In this document: positions 37,376 through 48,642 of the stretch, piece by piece
How positions within the stretch are numbered: the stretch's first letter is position 1
Layout of the letters: the number at the start of each line of letters is the position of its first letter
From: a virus
Reading direction: 5' to 3' (one strand)
Length of the DNA: 64,000 nt
Virus record (IMG/VR): IMGVR_UViG_3300019487_000017
Translations under genes and position numbers: made by a program
The notes under the pieces: generated by a model
Told to the model about the DNA's origin: nothing
Databases searched by the model: none
The model's input: the letters and a program-made list of their open reading frames with translations, nothing else

Positions 37376-38191
37376 TTGGAAATAAAACAAATGTGGACAG
37401 ATAAAGAAAATACTGCTTATGAAAAGAATCTTGCCGAAGGAAAGATTCTAGCAAATAAGACAGGCCATCGATGGGCAAAATCGTTAAAGAAAAAGATGAA
37501 GCCTGATGCAGAAGAAGAGCGTCCATATTTGAAAGGCATAGACCATCTTTATGTTAACCTGGTGCTTGAACCTTTAATCGCTTCTACTGATTTTGGTTAT
37601 GAAGAATTGGGATATGGTCTTAAGAAAATAATTGACCTTTATATTGGACGGAAATGTGCTAAGATTATCCCACTTTTATTAGAAGTGGCTAAAAGACTCC
37701 ATGAAAAAGGTTGCACAAGTAAAAAGACGGCTCATGAGGGAGGCGGAGCAGATCATTGGTATTGGGTAGAAGAATACGGTGGTGGCGAAAATTTATATTA
37801 TGGTAAACGTATTTCAATGCGGTGGGATACTCAAACTTATAGCTATTATATAACTTTAAGTCTAAATATTTGCGAAGAATGGAAATTATATGTAGCTGAA
37901 TATAAGTATGGGGCAACGCCTGGTACTGCTAAAGAATCTTGGCAGAAAGAACCGGGCTATGTACTAGAATATACATCTTTCGGAAAGCAAATTCTTAAAG
38001 AACCTCAATATCAAATTGATGATTGTGAAGTAGAGAATGCTTGGCTTTATTTAGAAAAAATTAATCGTTGGATGGCTATTATTAATACCGTTTGTACAAG
38101 CTTGAATTTTGATCTTTATGGTTTAGCGTTTAATCCAGATAAAGCCGCAGCAAGAAAACGCGAGAAAAGAAACATAAAGCAAAAAGTTTAA
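37376..38191 (+). CDS. Hypothetical protein
   Basis: 271-aa ORF. Confidence 0.7.
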   Translation: MEIKQMWTDKENTAYEKNLAEGKILANKTGHRWAKSLKKKMKPDAEEERPYLKGIDHLYVNLVLEPLIASTDFGYEELGYGLKKIIDLYIGRKCAKIIPLLLEVAKRLHEKGCTSKKTAHEGGGADHWYWVEEYGGGENLYYGKRISMRWDTQTYSYYITLSLNICEEWKLYVAEYKYGATPGTAKESWQKEPGYVLEYTSFGKQILKEPQYQIDDCEVENAWLYLEKINRWMAIINTVCTSLNFDLYGLAFNPDKAAARKREKRNIKQKV

Positions 38192-38206
38192 ATAAGGATT
38201 GATGTA

Positions 38207-38842
38207 ATGATCTATTTTTCTGCAGATTTTCATTGGGGAGATGATCGTCTTGATTTGTTAAGGAGACCTTTTACTCTTCCACAAGAAGTTGTAGGTACGA
38301 TTCTATTGAATTTCTCTTGTATAACACCCAATGATACTTTGTATCTACTTGGGGATATAGCCCTTGATGAAAATTGGATTAAACCATTAAGGTTTATTAA
38401 AGGTAAGAAAATCTTAATACCAGGTAATTATGACAGATTATCATCAGATATCTATAAACAGTATTTTGATGAAATAAGTGAAAGTAAGCAAATTGAAATT
38501 AAAAATGACAAAGGGGAGATACTACCGTTGAATTTGGTCCATTATCCTACTAAAGGGATAGCTGAGTCATTTAATTTATGTGGTCATATTCATGACGTTT
38601 GGAAAGTTCAAAAGAACATTTTGAATGTAGGCGTAGATGTTTGGCATTATCGCCCTATATCGGAAGAAAGAGTGTTTTTTATGTTTAACGGTATTAAACA
38701 TTTTTTCGATCAGGATGTTTGGTGTTCCAATCATGCTGCAAATACAGCACACCAAGACAGGGGTAAAGCAGGTACTTATTGGGAACGTGGATTTTCTGGA
38801 AGCAATACATCCTTTTCTAATCTAAAGCCTGATAATGTATAA
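38207..38842 (+). CDS. Calcineurin-like metallophosphoesterase
   Basis: ADFHWG, LGD, GNYD, VHYP, GHIH, NVGVD. Confidence 0.88.
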   Translation: MIYFSADFHWGDDRLDLLRRPFTLPQEVVGTILLNFSCITPNDTLYLLGDIALDENWIKPLRFIKGKKILIPGNYDRLSSDIYKQYFDEISESKQIEIKNDKGEILPLNLVHYPTKGIAESFNLCGHIHDVWKVQKNILNVGVDVWHYRPISEERVFFMFNGIKHFFDQDVWCSNHAANTAHQDRGKAGTYWERGFSGSNTSFSNLKPDNV

Positions 38843-38864
38843 GGTTAGCCATTATATGTGCTAA

Positions 38865-38895
38865 TCTCCAGGTTTCTTGCTCTTATGGATATAGG
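38865..38895 (+). promoter_or_regulatory. Recurrent motif TCTCCAG-N18-TATAGG
   Basis: Intergenic, 15 nt before ATG 38911 with AAGGA RBS. Confidence 0.6.
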
Positions 38896-38910
38896 GTAAG
38901 GACTTTTATT

Positions 38911-41900
38911 ATGAGAAAAAACTTTGACATTATCCCAGGCGAATATTATCGTAAAACGATAAAAGATGAGTTTTTTGAAGCGGGGGAACTTATTATAGTA
39001 ACCAGTATTTCCGTTGAAAATGTACACATCCGACAAGGGGAGCATGGTTATACTTACGGTATTGATGAATTTTTAGAGAATTTTGAACCCGAACCAGATG
39101 GTTTGGATATCCGCCAAAAAGAAATTTCGGATCTTTTAAAAGAATCAAACAACATTCAATTTAAGACGTTGCAATTTCAAAATTCTGTTTCCGCTCCTGT
39201 CTTGCAATCGTCAAATGATTCTACAGATTTAGCTTTAAATACTAAAAGTGCAACTGAAATGACCCAGCGTATTGAGTCTATTAATACGCAAGTAGAAAAA
39301 ATTAAATATCAAATCAAATCCAATACTGACAAGTTAGAAGCTTTGTTAGAAGAACAAAAATCTGCATTAGAAGCAAGACAAAGGGATCTGTTAGCTTTAG
39401 CAGGGAGAGCTAATGAAGCTTTATGGACCATTAATTTATATTTAGGAAAAGGAGAACAGATAGTTCGTTTAAAGAAGGGGAAGCCTGCCCCTGAAAATGA
39501 GAAAATTTGTATACGGCAATTGGTTTTATATGCGGATGAAGAATGTGCGGTAATGACAGAAAAAGGTGGTATCGATGCTAGTAAATTGGATGAATTTGAT
39601 AGATGGGTTTCTGAACCTAAAAACATTAATGTACTTTTACCAGAAACCAAAGGCGTTGTTGCTATAAAACCCCGTCGAAATTCGAAGGATTACGGAAAGG
39701 ATATTGATCCTTGGTCTGCTGCAATGAAGAATGAAGCTAACAAGAAAACGTATTTTCTTATTAGAAACGGGGAGAATCTGTATAGATTGTCCGCAGAGAT
39801 CGAAGTAGATAAAAATCTTGTTCCATTAAAAGATGAATATCTTTCTCTTTTTAAGGGCGAACGGGAATATAATTTTAAAACTCATTCATATGAATATGGA
39901 GAACCACCTAAGCCTGGTACAGATGCATATATGGAAGCAATGAATGCAGCTGATAGTAAACAGATGCATTATTTTAGGATATTGTTGGTTTTGCAAGGAT
40001 TGATTGATAGAACAGAGATATTCCATCCATTACCAAATAACAGAATTAATATCATTGCCCAAGCTTATCATGAAGAATATGTTAGATATGTTTATGATGG
40101 AGAAATGCTTTTAGGGAACGATAAGTTGTCTTTTATGGAATGGCTTAAAGAAATTAATAGTCAATTAGATGTTGGTATGAGGGTTATGGGGCAATGGAAT
40201 AGCACACAAGGTATAAGTCATGATGAAAGATCTGAGCGGTTAGGCTATAAACATGCTAGTTTGCCTAATTATGATGAATTATATACACTTGAATCAGAAT
40301 CATCTGATAATAAATATTATACCTTTTATTACAATCGGGAAGAACATATTTATAGAAGAAATTGGGATGATAGCCCTGCTAAACGCAGAGTAAGTTGCAA
40401 GATATATAGAAGCGATTTATTTATTCTGAACTTCGATTTGGCAAAAATCGAAGATATGAAATATTATTTACAGAATAGAACAGATAGGCATGATTATCTA
40501 TACCTTGTTCCTCTTTTAAAGAAGGCACTTGAATTAAAAGAAAAAGAAGCTAAAACAGAAGCTCCATTTAGGCAATTACTTATTAGCGAAATATCAAAAG
40601 CTTATAAATCAGAATCTATGCCTACAATTGAAGATAGTATTGATACATTAATTGATTGGTGGAAATTTAAGAACAAGACCCATCGAGCTCTTGTTAAAAC
40701 TGACGACGCCAAAGCATTAAGAATGATCGTTCAGGAATATGGTCTAAGATTGCGAAGGGAAGAAGAACGAAAAGTTTATCTCCAATATAAAGAGGAAATT
40801 CTAAATGCAGTAAAGTTATTACATCCTGATCTAATTTATCTTGGACATAAGGCAGACAATTTATTTGTCGTTCTTGTACCCTCTCAAGATGACAAGATGG
40901 TTTTCGTATCTGAATACACATATTCCAGGGATAATCGAAATGGAAGATTAACTCTTCGGGAAGAGAAACATTGGCAGACAATTGATAAACGTCGTTTAAG
41001 ATGGTTGTCGCTTTATGAAAGTTCTCAATATGAAAAATGGCAATTTGATGTACGAAAAGAAAGATATTTAACTGGTGATGATGAGAAATACATCATTAAT
41101 ACCATAACAAAAGACAAAGAGATATTTGATGATTTAACTAAAAATTCGTATAGTCGATTCGATTCAAGAAAAAACCCTGTTAATAAGATATTGTGTTTTA
41201 ATAGGCTGATGAATAAGACAGATTCTCTAAGAATGTATTTTTGGACTTATAAAGCAGATATTCCTAAGAAGCTTATTAACAATCATGCCCAAGAACCAAA
41301 AATGGGATTTTTAACTGTTAGTCTTGAAAAAGATAAAAATGGGAATCAAGTAATAAGAAAAGCAACAGGTTGGACGTGTTCAGGGGAATGTTCATATTCT
41401 ATTGAAGATGAATTCTCAGTTTGGAACAATAATCACTATCATGAATCTCAAGGTAAGGCACAGACCATTTGGAAAGATGATAAAGCAATTTTCGAATTTA
41501 CGGAAGATAGTAAAAAGGTAGATATCTTTAATGAACAAAAGAGAGAAATCGAAACACAGGCATACTCTTTTACTAGAAAATTTAGAGATATCATTTTTAA
41601 GAAAGAAATGGATATTCTTAAACAAGATGTGATTAATAAGTATGGTAACGAGAGTATGCTTGAATACCGATTAAAAGATTTAAAACAGCAAAATAAAGCT
41701 CCTACTAAACCTGAATTTAGACATCTAGACAATGTGATTGAATATATGATAGAGGATAAATTCGCAATTTCCAGTCTTTCAATCGAAGACATTGTGAAAA
41801 TAAACGAAGAAAAGAAATACAAAGCTAAAGAAGAGCTATTAAAAGATGTGGAAAAATTGAAAAATAATGGTTTAATGGATATGAAAATTGAAGAATTAAT

Positions 41901-41940
41901 GAAATTAGATGAAGAGACTCCGGTTGAGGCATTAGAATAG
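38911..41940 (+). CDS. Large hypothetical protein (1009 aa) with N-terminal coiled coil
   Basis: Longest ORF in the window; no catalytic motif recognised. Confidence 0.85.
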   Translation: MRKNFDIIPGEYYRKTIKDEFFEAGELIIVTSISVENVHIRQGEHGYTYGIDEFLENFEPEPDGLDIRQKEISDLLKESNNIQFKTLQFQNSVSAPVLQSSNDSTDLALNTKSATEMTQRIESINTQVEKIKYQIKSNTDKLEALLEEQKSALEARQRDLLALAGRANEALWTINLYLGKGEQIVRLKKGKPAPENEKICIRQLVLYADEECAVMTEKGGIDASKLDEFDRWVSEPKNINVLLPETKGVVAIKPRRNSKDYGKDIDPWSAAMKNEANKKTYFLIRNGENLYRLSAEIEVDKNLVPLKDEYLSLFKGEREYNFKTHSYEYGEPPKPGTDAYMEAMNAADSKQMHYFRILLVLQGLIDRTEIFHPLPNNRINIIAQAYHEEYVRYVYDGEMLLGNDKLSFMEWLKEINSQLDVGMRVMGQWNSTQGISHDERSERLGYKHASLPNYDELYTLESESSDNKYYTFYYNREEHIYRRNWDDSPAKRRVSCKIYRSDLFILNFDLAKIEDMKYYLQNRTDRHDYLYLVPLLKKALELKEKEAKTEAPFRQLLISEISKAYKSESMPTIEDSIDTLIDWWKFKNKTHRALVKTDDAKALRMIVQEYGLRLRREEERKVYLQYKEEILNAVKLLHPDLIYLGHKADNLFVVLVPSQDDKMVFVSEYTYSRDNRNGRLTLREEKHWQTIDKRRLRWLSLYESSQYEKWQFDVRKERYLTGDDEKYIINTITKDKEIFDDLTKNSYSRFDSRKNPVNKILCFNRLMNKTDSLRMYFWTYKADIPKKLINNHAQEPKMGFLTVSLEKDKNGNQVIRKATGWTCSGECSYSIEDEFSVWNNNHYHESQGKAQTIWKDDKAIFEFTEDSKKVDIFNEQKREIETQAYSFTRKFRDIIFKKEMDILKQDVINKYGNESMLEYRLKDLKQQNKAPTKPEFRHLDNVIEYMIEDKFAISSLSIEDIVKINEEKKYKAKEELLKDVEKLKNNGLMDMKIEELMKLDEETPVEALE

Positions 41941-41969
41941 CTCATTACAAGAAGAAAGGTATTTATTTT

Positions 41970-42299
41970 ATGAAGAAGAGATTTTTTGTTTTGTTAGTGC
42001 TTGTTCTTATTGGTGGATTTTCCTATTTCTCTTATGTGGTTGTTCAAAATGAGAGAGAAAAGGATTTGGATAATGAGATTGCAGGTTTAAAATCTCAAGT
42101 TGAAGATAAAAACAAAGAGATTCAAAAGCTGAAAGAAACTTATCAAGGCGAGAAAAAGAACATTAAAGATGCTTTAACTATTATTCTCCCTCAACAATCA
42201 TCATTGATTGAATCCGCCTTTTCTGATCCTGCGATTACTTTACCATCAACTCAGCCTGTAGAACCGACAACACAGGAAACACCAACTACACAGCCATAA
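41970..42299 (+). CDS. Membrane-anchored coiled-coil protein
   Basis: N-terminal TM segment, coiled coil, P/T-rich tail. Confidence 0.7.
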   Translation: MKKRFFVLLVLVLIGGFSYFSYVVVQNEREKDLDNEIAGLKSQVEDKNKEIQKLKETYQGEKKNIKDALTIILPQQSSLIESAFSDPAITLPSTQPVEPTTQETPTTQP

Positions 42300-42345
42300 C
42301 AATCAATATATTTAAGATAGAACTATTATTCAAAAGGTAATTTCA

Positions 42346-44103
42346 ATGTTTAGTAACGATCAAGAGATTCCTCGTCTTATAATTCTTCATGAATCACTGC
42401 ATTATCGTTATTATCAGTGGTTGTTAAAGATGTGGTCTATTAAAAAGCCAGCAGCTCGTATGAGCTTCTGTAAATATTGGCAGACCATGTTTTGGTATAC
42501 AGTGTTTTTTATAATCTCTATACCTTTCATATTTATGGGGTGGGTAATATTAAAATCTTATAGAATCTTATATAAGATGTTCCTCCCTTTTGATAAAGTA
42601 ATCGATTGGCTAGACAATTCCAAAATTGGTAAAGTATTTGATATTCAATTTGAGAGGATTGAAGAGGGTAAACAAACTCCTGTATTTTTAGAAACAAGCG
42701 TTTTTTTTATACTTGTTACATTTTTATCAGGTATGCTTTTATTAGGGGTATTTTTAGCAATTAAATATGGAATTGAAAATTTATATCTTATCCCTGAATT
42801 TTTGTGGGATGTTATTTGTTTCATAGGCACGGGTATTTGGTATGTAGTTTTTTATATTGGATGGGGAATTTTTCATGTTTGCTCGTTTATAGGTTTTGGT
42901 CTAGTTAATATATGGCATGCTCTTAATTTTACAGTTAAGCATATATGGATATTTTTAAAGAACCCAACTGTGTGGGAAGTACTCTTTAATTTCATTCTAT
43001 ATGTAGCATCTGCTGGTTTAATAATGTTTGCTGTTGGATTTGCTATTTGGAAGTTGACTCAAACAAAAACATATAAAAATCTAATTAAATACTTTGAATT
43101 CAAACTCAATGGTTATGCAGAAGCTAAAAAGAAAGCAAAGGAGAGAAGAGAGCAGGTAGAAAAACATAAAACAGAAGAGAATCAAGTAGAAGAAAAGCCT
43201 GTTAAACGTTCTTTTCCTGCTATTACTTTTATTAAAAAATATATCAGAAAAACTTTTGATATCATTTTTAATGAAATCAAGAAAGTATATAGAACATGTG
43301 CATCAGCTGTAGGTAAAGTTTTTCATTCAAGTTTCACTATTGGTAATGTGACTACTCGCGTTTTAGGTCCAGTTGGAGTTATATGGACATATATCGTTTC
43401 TATTAAACGAGGTGTTTGTCCTGTACTCGAATTTTTGGATGAAACTAGTATAAGGCAAGCTCAACAAATAGCTAAAGAATGTGAAGGCGAGAATTTCTTA
43501 GATGCGGATGAAATTGGAAAATATAGATATGCAAAAGACCGTATAAAATTTTTTGAAGATGAGCCTTTGCAAGCTGTTTTCTCACGTTTCTTAGGTGACG
43601 AAAAAGATGCCGAAGCAAAGCAAACCCCTATCAGAGTTAAGGCTTATATTGGACTCTATGTAACAAGCCAAATTGGATTTGATGAGGTACTAAATAGGAT
43701 TAGTAAAGACATAAAGACTTTAGAAGAAATTAAAATTTCTAGAATCAAGAGTGAAGCTCTTCGTATCGCTATCACATTCAAGGATAGTCCTTTGAATAGT
43801 CAAGATCTGAAGTATTACCGGCATGCATTAGATGTAATAAATTCATCGTGGAGGAATATTCAATCTACAGACCCAGAGGATTATAAATTTAAAGTACATA
43901 CATACCTCTATGATTGTGTACTATCTCCTTTTAAAGAAGAATTAAGAAAATGGGCTTATCCTAACAGGGTAAAATGTCATTGTTCCCAATACCTACTTCA
44001 ACATATTAAGGAAGAAGATTTAACTTCCGCTTTATTAAAAGATATCAAAACGCTAGTTGATGAAATAAAAAATGCAGATAATATCGACTCCCAGCAAAAT
44101 TAA
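42346..44103 (+). CDS. Multi-pass membrane protein
   Basis: Several hydrophobic segments in the N-terminal half. Confidence 0.75.
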   Translation: MFSNDQEIPRLIILHESLHYRYYQWLLKMWSIKKPAARMSFCKYWQTMFWYTVFFIISIPFIFMGWVILKSYRILYKMFLPFDKVIDWLDNSKIGKVFDIQFERIEEGKQTPVFLETSVFFILVTFLSGMLLLGVFLAIKYGIENLYLIPEFLWDVICFIGTGIWYVVFYIGWGIFHVCSFIGFGLVNIWHALNFTVKHIWIFLKNPTVWEVLFNFILYVASAGLIMFAVGFAIWKLTQTKTYKNLIKYFEFKLNGYAEAKKKAKERREQVEKHKTEENQVEEKPVKRSFPAITFIKKYIRKTFDIIFNEIKKVYRTCASAVGKVFHSSFTIGNVTTRVLGPVGVIWTYIVSIKRGVCPVLEFLDETSIRQAQQIAKECEGENFLDADEIGKYRYAKDRIKFFEDEPLQAVFSRFLGDEKDAEAKQTPIRVKAYIGLYVTSQIGFDEVLNRISKDIKTLEEIKISRIKSEALRIAITFKDSPLNSQDLKYYRHALDVINSSWRNIQSTDPEDYKFKVHTYLYDCVLSPFKEELRKWAYPNRVKCHCSQYLLQHIKEEDLTSALLKDIKTLVDEIKNADNIDSQQN

Positions 44104-44248
44104 ATTAAGGTGATATCTTGTAAATCATTAAGTGGAATGATTTTAAGCGAAATTTTGTCCGTCTCAAAATAGACTTGGCAGACAAGATGACCTTAATTAA
44201 TCACTGTTCTTTTCCGTTCTGGAAAGAGAAAATTTTCTACAAGAAAAA
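44103..44248. ncRNA. Candidate structured non-coding element
   Basis: Nested stems 44103-11/44190-98, 44115-21/44182-88, 44122-29/44136-43, 44152-57/44165-70, plus downstream hairpins. Confidence 0.3.
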
Positions 44249-44467
44249 CTTTAAGAAAAGGTCTAAAATCATGCTGTAATAGCAGTAGAGTCTGAATCTA
44301 CAGCTAAAATTGGCTATAAAACCGAAAAACTCTGATTTTGGCTCGTTTTTTGCGGTTTATAGAAGATAGGAAAACGGAAAACCGTTTAAATTTGGGAAAA
44401 TCGAGTGAAATTCTCCTGCAAAGCACAGAGTGTAGTATATTATCTAACAGCATAGAGGTTCACCTTA

Positions 44468-46056
44468 TGATTTTACGTTATTCGTTTCCAGTTGCCAGGC
44501 ATGGAAGGCTAGTTCCAGTATCACGTTATGTTGATTGTGAATTTTCCCCAACAAAAGACGAACTCCTGGAAGCTTTTAGAGAGAAACGGGAAGAAGCACT
44601 TAGGACCGCAACGGTTCATAATGATACGGATATATCGTGGAGCGATTTAAAGAATTGGGATGGCTGTATTTATGCGTTAGAACATCTTAGGTCTGAACTC
44701 CCCATTATAAACCCCACCAATTTGACCGATGCCGTTATATTTTGCGATACCGAATTAGAAGTTAGTAATATTCGTATTTCAGTTCTTCCGCTTGTTTCTA
44801 TTACCCGCCCCTTGATGAGATTGGTTGCCGGAGAATAAGATGGGTTGCTCTACATCATTACATAAAGAAGACATTGAAAAAGCGGTTCAATACCTTAATA
44901 AGGTGCTTGATACTGAATTATCTCATATCATTGCTAATCCTATCTTTGACAAAATTTTATTTGAGACAGGTATAAATGTTCCTATTGAGTATGATGAAAC
45001 TGAAGTTGGAATTTTGTTAGTGGGTGAGGGGGAAGATGGTGGGGTAACGAAGGAAGAGATCAAATTACGTTATTTTGATCCGAATGGTTTTAAACTTTTT
45101 CAGGAGGTCACACTATGCGATTCAGATAATCAGTTTGTCAAAAGTTCCATACATATATGGAAATGGGAAGATGCCCCACCTTGTTTTAAACAATTTTCTG
45201 AACAAGGTGGAGATGAGGATTGGGTTTTTGTTATCCCTCCTGCTTTTATGTATTCAAATATTAACTGGTTAGATCATTTAAGTTGGTTTAACCAAGATAC
45301 ATATTTCCTACCTGATGGATGGCAGGTTGTGATAATTTCACACTGATTCCCTGTTTAAATGTTGTTTATTATTTATAAGAACAACATGAGGTTATTACAA
45401 TGGTTGCTGTAGAAAATCTTAATGGTAAGACACTTGATGAAGCTTCGGAAATTGTGCGAGAGCAAATAAAGCATATTATCGGAGAAGTAGACATTTTTCA
45501 AAATGAAAATGCCAATGCTTTTAGTTCTCCACAAGAATTAAAAGAATTTTTACAAAGAGTTTCCAAAATCAGAAATAATGTTCGTTTATTTATGGAAACA
45601 GCTAACGAACGTCTCTGTGTAGTTGAACGTAACGTCCAGTTAAAAATGATTAAAACTGGACAATGTGTTTGACAAATAACCTGTAAAATTCAATGTTTGA
45701 ACAAGATTGAATAAGGATACTCTATCTAAAGTGTGTCTAAAATTATGATTCACATTCCAGAAAAAAGCTGGGAGGTATTGTCAGATTCTATGGATGGATA
45801 TTTTTTCTTTTTCAAAGATGAAAAAAATCAATCCATTAGTCTGTATATCCCTTCAGAAGAAAGACAAGAACCACCAAGTATTTGTTATTATCGAACAAAA
45901 GAAGAGTGGGATCAAGTTCAACGTGTTATAGATTACACTGGATATATGGAACCATTAAATTCTCAAATTTTTAGAATCAATTTGTCACCATCAGGTAAAG
46001 TTGAAGTCTTAGCTAATGCAGAACAATTAGATTCTTTTCGGCAAGATAGTGGTTGA
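44468..46056 (+). other. Four hypothetical CDS (44468-44838, 44825-45346, 45400-45672, 45733-46056)
   Basis: Tiled + strand ORFs; ATG 44468 has an AGAGGT RBS and an upstream TCTCCTG motif copy at 44412. Confidence 0.6.
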
Positions 46057-46534
46057 AAACGTCGATAATATGGTAGGAAGAGGTTCTTACTATATTATGA
46101 CAAAACGTAAAAGAAAACTAATCGAAACACTTCTAACAGAATTAAGCTATATTGAGAATATTAATAAACATTTTCATACGCTATTTGATCAAAATGTAGG
46201 CATCATCTATCCTGAGTCAGCACTTCAATTAAAAAATTGGTTTGATAAAGAATTTCAACCTCTATTAAAAGAGAGTATTGTTAAAGTCTACGATAACCAA
46301 TTTACCGTTAAAGAATTGATTGAGTGCATAAAATTTTATACAAGTGAATTAGGCAAGAAAATATCCCCATCTAATACAGTTATTGTTGATGAATTGGAAA
46401 AAGAACTTGAAAAAATTATTCCTATAATAAAAAATAAGCAAATTGAAGTATTTGAAAAAAGACACTCCCTTTCTCAAGAAAATCCAATTCCTGAAGTATT
46501 ATCACAAATTATAATGAAACAAAAGCCTAACTAG
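46049..46534 (+). CDS. DUF2059-like protein
   Basis: FTVKELIECIKFYTSELGKKI. Confidence 0.5.
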   Translation: MVENVDNMVGRGSYYIMTKRKRKLIETLLTELSYIENINKHFHTLFDQNVGIIYPESALQLKNWFDKEFQPLLKESIVKVYDNQFTVKELIECIKFYTSELGKKISPSNTVIVDELEKELEKIIPIIKNKQIEVFEKRHSLSQENPIPEVLSQIIMKQKPN

Positions 46535-46543
46535 ATACACTTA

Positions 46544-46575
46544 TCTCCAGAAGTTTGACTCTTATTTGGTACTGG
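46544..46575 (+). promoter_or_regulatory. Recurrent motif TCTCCAG-N19-TACTGG
   Basis: Intergenic copy. Confidence 0.5.
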
Positions 46576-46609
46576 TAAAACAGGGAATTATCATTTAAGA
46601 GGAATAAAA

Positions 46610-47308
46610 ATGCCTGGAAAAATGTTCACATGCTCAATTTGTTCCAAAGAAGTTTCTAAACGTCAATCCAACTCTCTCCCCAATGGAACAAGGGCATGCA
46701 GTACACATCCAGAAGCACAAAATGCAGCAGAAGAAGCACGACGTAAAGTAAATAATCATCTCCTTACCGCAGAACAACGACGAAAAGAAGAATGGAATAA
46801 GAAATTCAATCACACACAGGATATGCCTGTGTCACCGTTAATACCTCAGTGCTTTTGTTGTAATAGACAGGGGCTCCATCAACAGGATTTTGCTTATAGA
46901 GTTCTTATTGCTCAGCAAAAGATGGAATTAGAAGGTCATAATACATTATCTTTTACTGTAACAACTAATGGTAAATTAGTTCATAATCCTAAATATTTTG
47001 AATTAATGAAAGAATATATGAAATCTCCTGATATGACAGGGGATCATATTTATGTTTGCTTAAAAATTGTTGATATCAATAAAAATAAACATATATTTTC
47101 TGCACTGCATCCTAATGCAAAAATGGCTGCAGAATTAACTGGTGCAGCTATGTTATGCCATAAATGTTTATCTAATTTGAAAATTAATGTAGATCCTGAA
47201 AATAATCCAACTTTAGATCAAATATCTAGAGTTGCAGCTACTATTGATATATTTAAACCAGAATTACAAAAAGTTGCACAACAAGAATTAGAAACAATTA
47301 AATCATGA
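46610..47308 (+). CDS. Cys-rich hypothetical protein
   Basis: CSIC...CSTH, CFCC, CHKC. Confidence 0.7.
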   Translation: MPGKMFTCSICSKEVSKRQSNSLPNGTRACSTHPEAQNAAEEARRKVNNHLLTAEQRRKEEWNKKFNHTQDMPVSPLIPQCFCCNRQGLHQQDFAYRVLIAQQKMELEGHNTLSFTVTTNGKLVHNPKYFELMKEYMKSPDMTGDHIYVCLKIVDINKNKHIFSALHPNAKMAAELTGAAMLCHKCLSNLKINVDPENNPTLDQISRVAATIDIFKPELQKVAQQELETIKS

Positions 47309-47848
47309 AAACATTATTAGAAATTATTTCATTCGTTAATCAGAAATTTGAGAATCAAACCAGAGACGCTGGGAATGGTTTGGTATTTCCTGCGTCAATC
47401 CATTCAATTCAATTAATGCATAAAGCATGGGAGTATGGGGTACAAAATAAAAATACCTTGGCAGGGTATGTTTGTCACGATATTCTTGAAGATACCAATA
47501 CGACATATGATGAGTTAGTAGAAGTCATTGGAAAAGATGCAGCCGATATTGTCAAAGAAATGACTTTTGATAAAAGTTTGCAAACAAAGCCTGATTATTT
47601 GGCATCATTTCGCTATAAAACGACTACTGCCCTGGTAGGTAAACGTATTGATCGGAATATCAATACGTGGGATTTTATAATTACAAAGCCAGATTATGCA
47701 AAAAAAATACTTTTATAAAGCAGACGCAATAACAGATTTATGGTTTGAACGTCAGAAAGAAATTGTAACTATGTACGATAATTTTTTGTTTAATGAGATT
47801 ACGAAAGACACTTTGTATTTAATGCAAATTCTTTCTGCATTACTATGA
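47305..47848 (+). pseudogene. RelA/SpoT/MESH1-type HD hydrolase, frameshifted at an A8 tract
   Basis: CHDILEDT motif; removing one A from 47700-47707 extends the frame to a TGA overlapping the next ATG. Confidence 0.65.
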
Positions 47849-48633
47849 GAAATAAAATGGCTAAGGAAAGCGAAGCTGAGATATATTTACAAGTAATGCA
47901 AAGGCTTTGGCCTTCTATTTACCGTTCTCGCATTAAAACATTAGATCATATGCTTTGCGGTGTTGGAACAGGATACAAATGGTATAATGGACGTTTAGAA
48001 GTTTCACCTTCTCTCTACACAGATCTAATCAAATCGCATAGTTATGAAAAAATGAACAAGCTTTATCGTGCTGGCAAAGCTCCTTCTGTACAAGACTTAT
48101 ATCTTAAATATAGAAAGAAACATGCTCAAGAATATATCAGTAAGTTTAAAAATACACGAACAAAAGATGATACTGTAGAAAATATAGTTGCAAAGTTTAT
48201 AGAACTAGACAAAGAGCATGATGAAGTAGGTCATACGTTTTATGTAAGTAAAGAATATAGCCCGATTTGTAATATTCCTGATGATATATCTCTAGATTGG
48301 CTATGCCTCTGTTTAGAAACAATAAAAATGATGGGAGAAGCAAAGATAGATTATGATGAAAATTCTATCTTAACAAAAAGTGATAAAGAAATGAGATTAA
48401 AGCTAAAAGAAGTAAACAGGGAACAAATATCAAAAGATATAACAAAAAGAATTCTCGGGGATGACTATAAAGAACGAACGGATGAAGAAAAGAAAAAAGA
48501 TAGGGAAGAATGGGAAAAACATCACTCTCCTAAAGCAAGAGCAGAACGTGCTAATTATGAAAATCAAAAAGCAAGAGATATAGCAAAAAATATCCTAAAT
48601 GATTTAAGAAAGCGTAAAATTCTTCAAGATTAA
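47845..48633 (+). CDS. Hypothetical protein
   Basis: 262-aa ORF. Confidence 0.7.
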   Translation: MRNKMAKESEAEIYLQVMQRLWPSIYRSRIKTLDHMLCGVGTGYKWYNGRLEVSPSLYTDLIKSHSYEKMNKLYRAGKAPSVQDLYLKYRKKHAQEYISKFKNTRTKDDTVENIVAKFIELDKEHDEVGHTFYVSKEYSPICNIPDDISLDWLCLCLETIKMMGEAKIDYDENSILTKSDKEMRLKLKEVNREQISKDITKRILGDDYKERTDEEKKKDREEWEKHHSPKARAERANYENQKARDIAKNILNDLRKRKILQD

Positions 48634-48642
48634 AGGAATATC

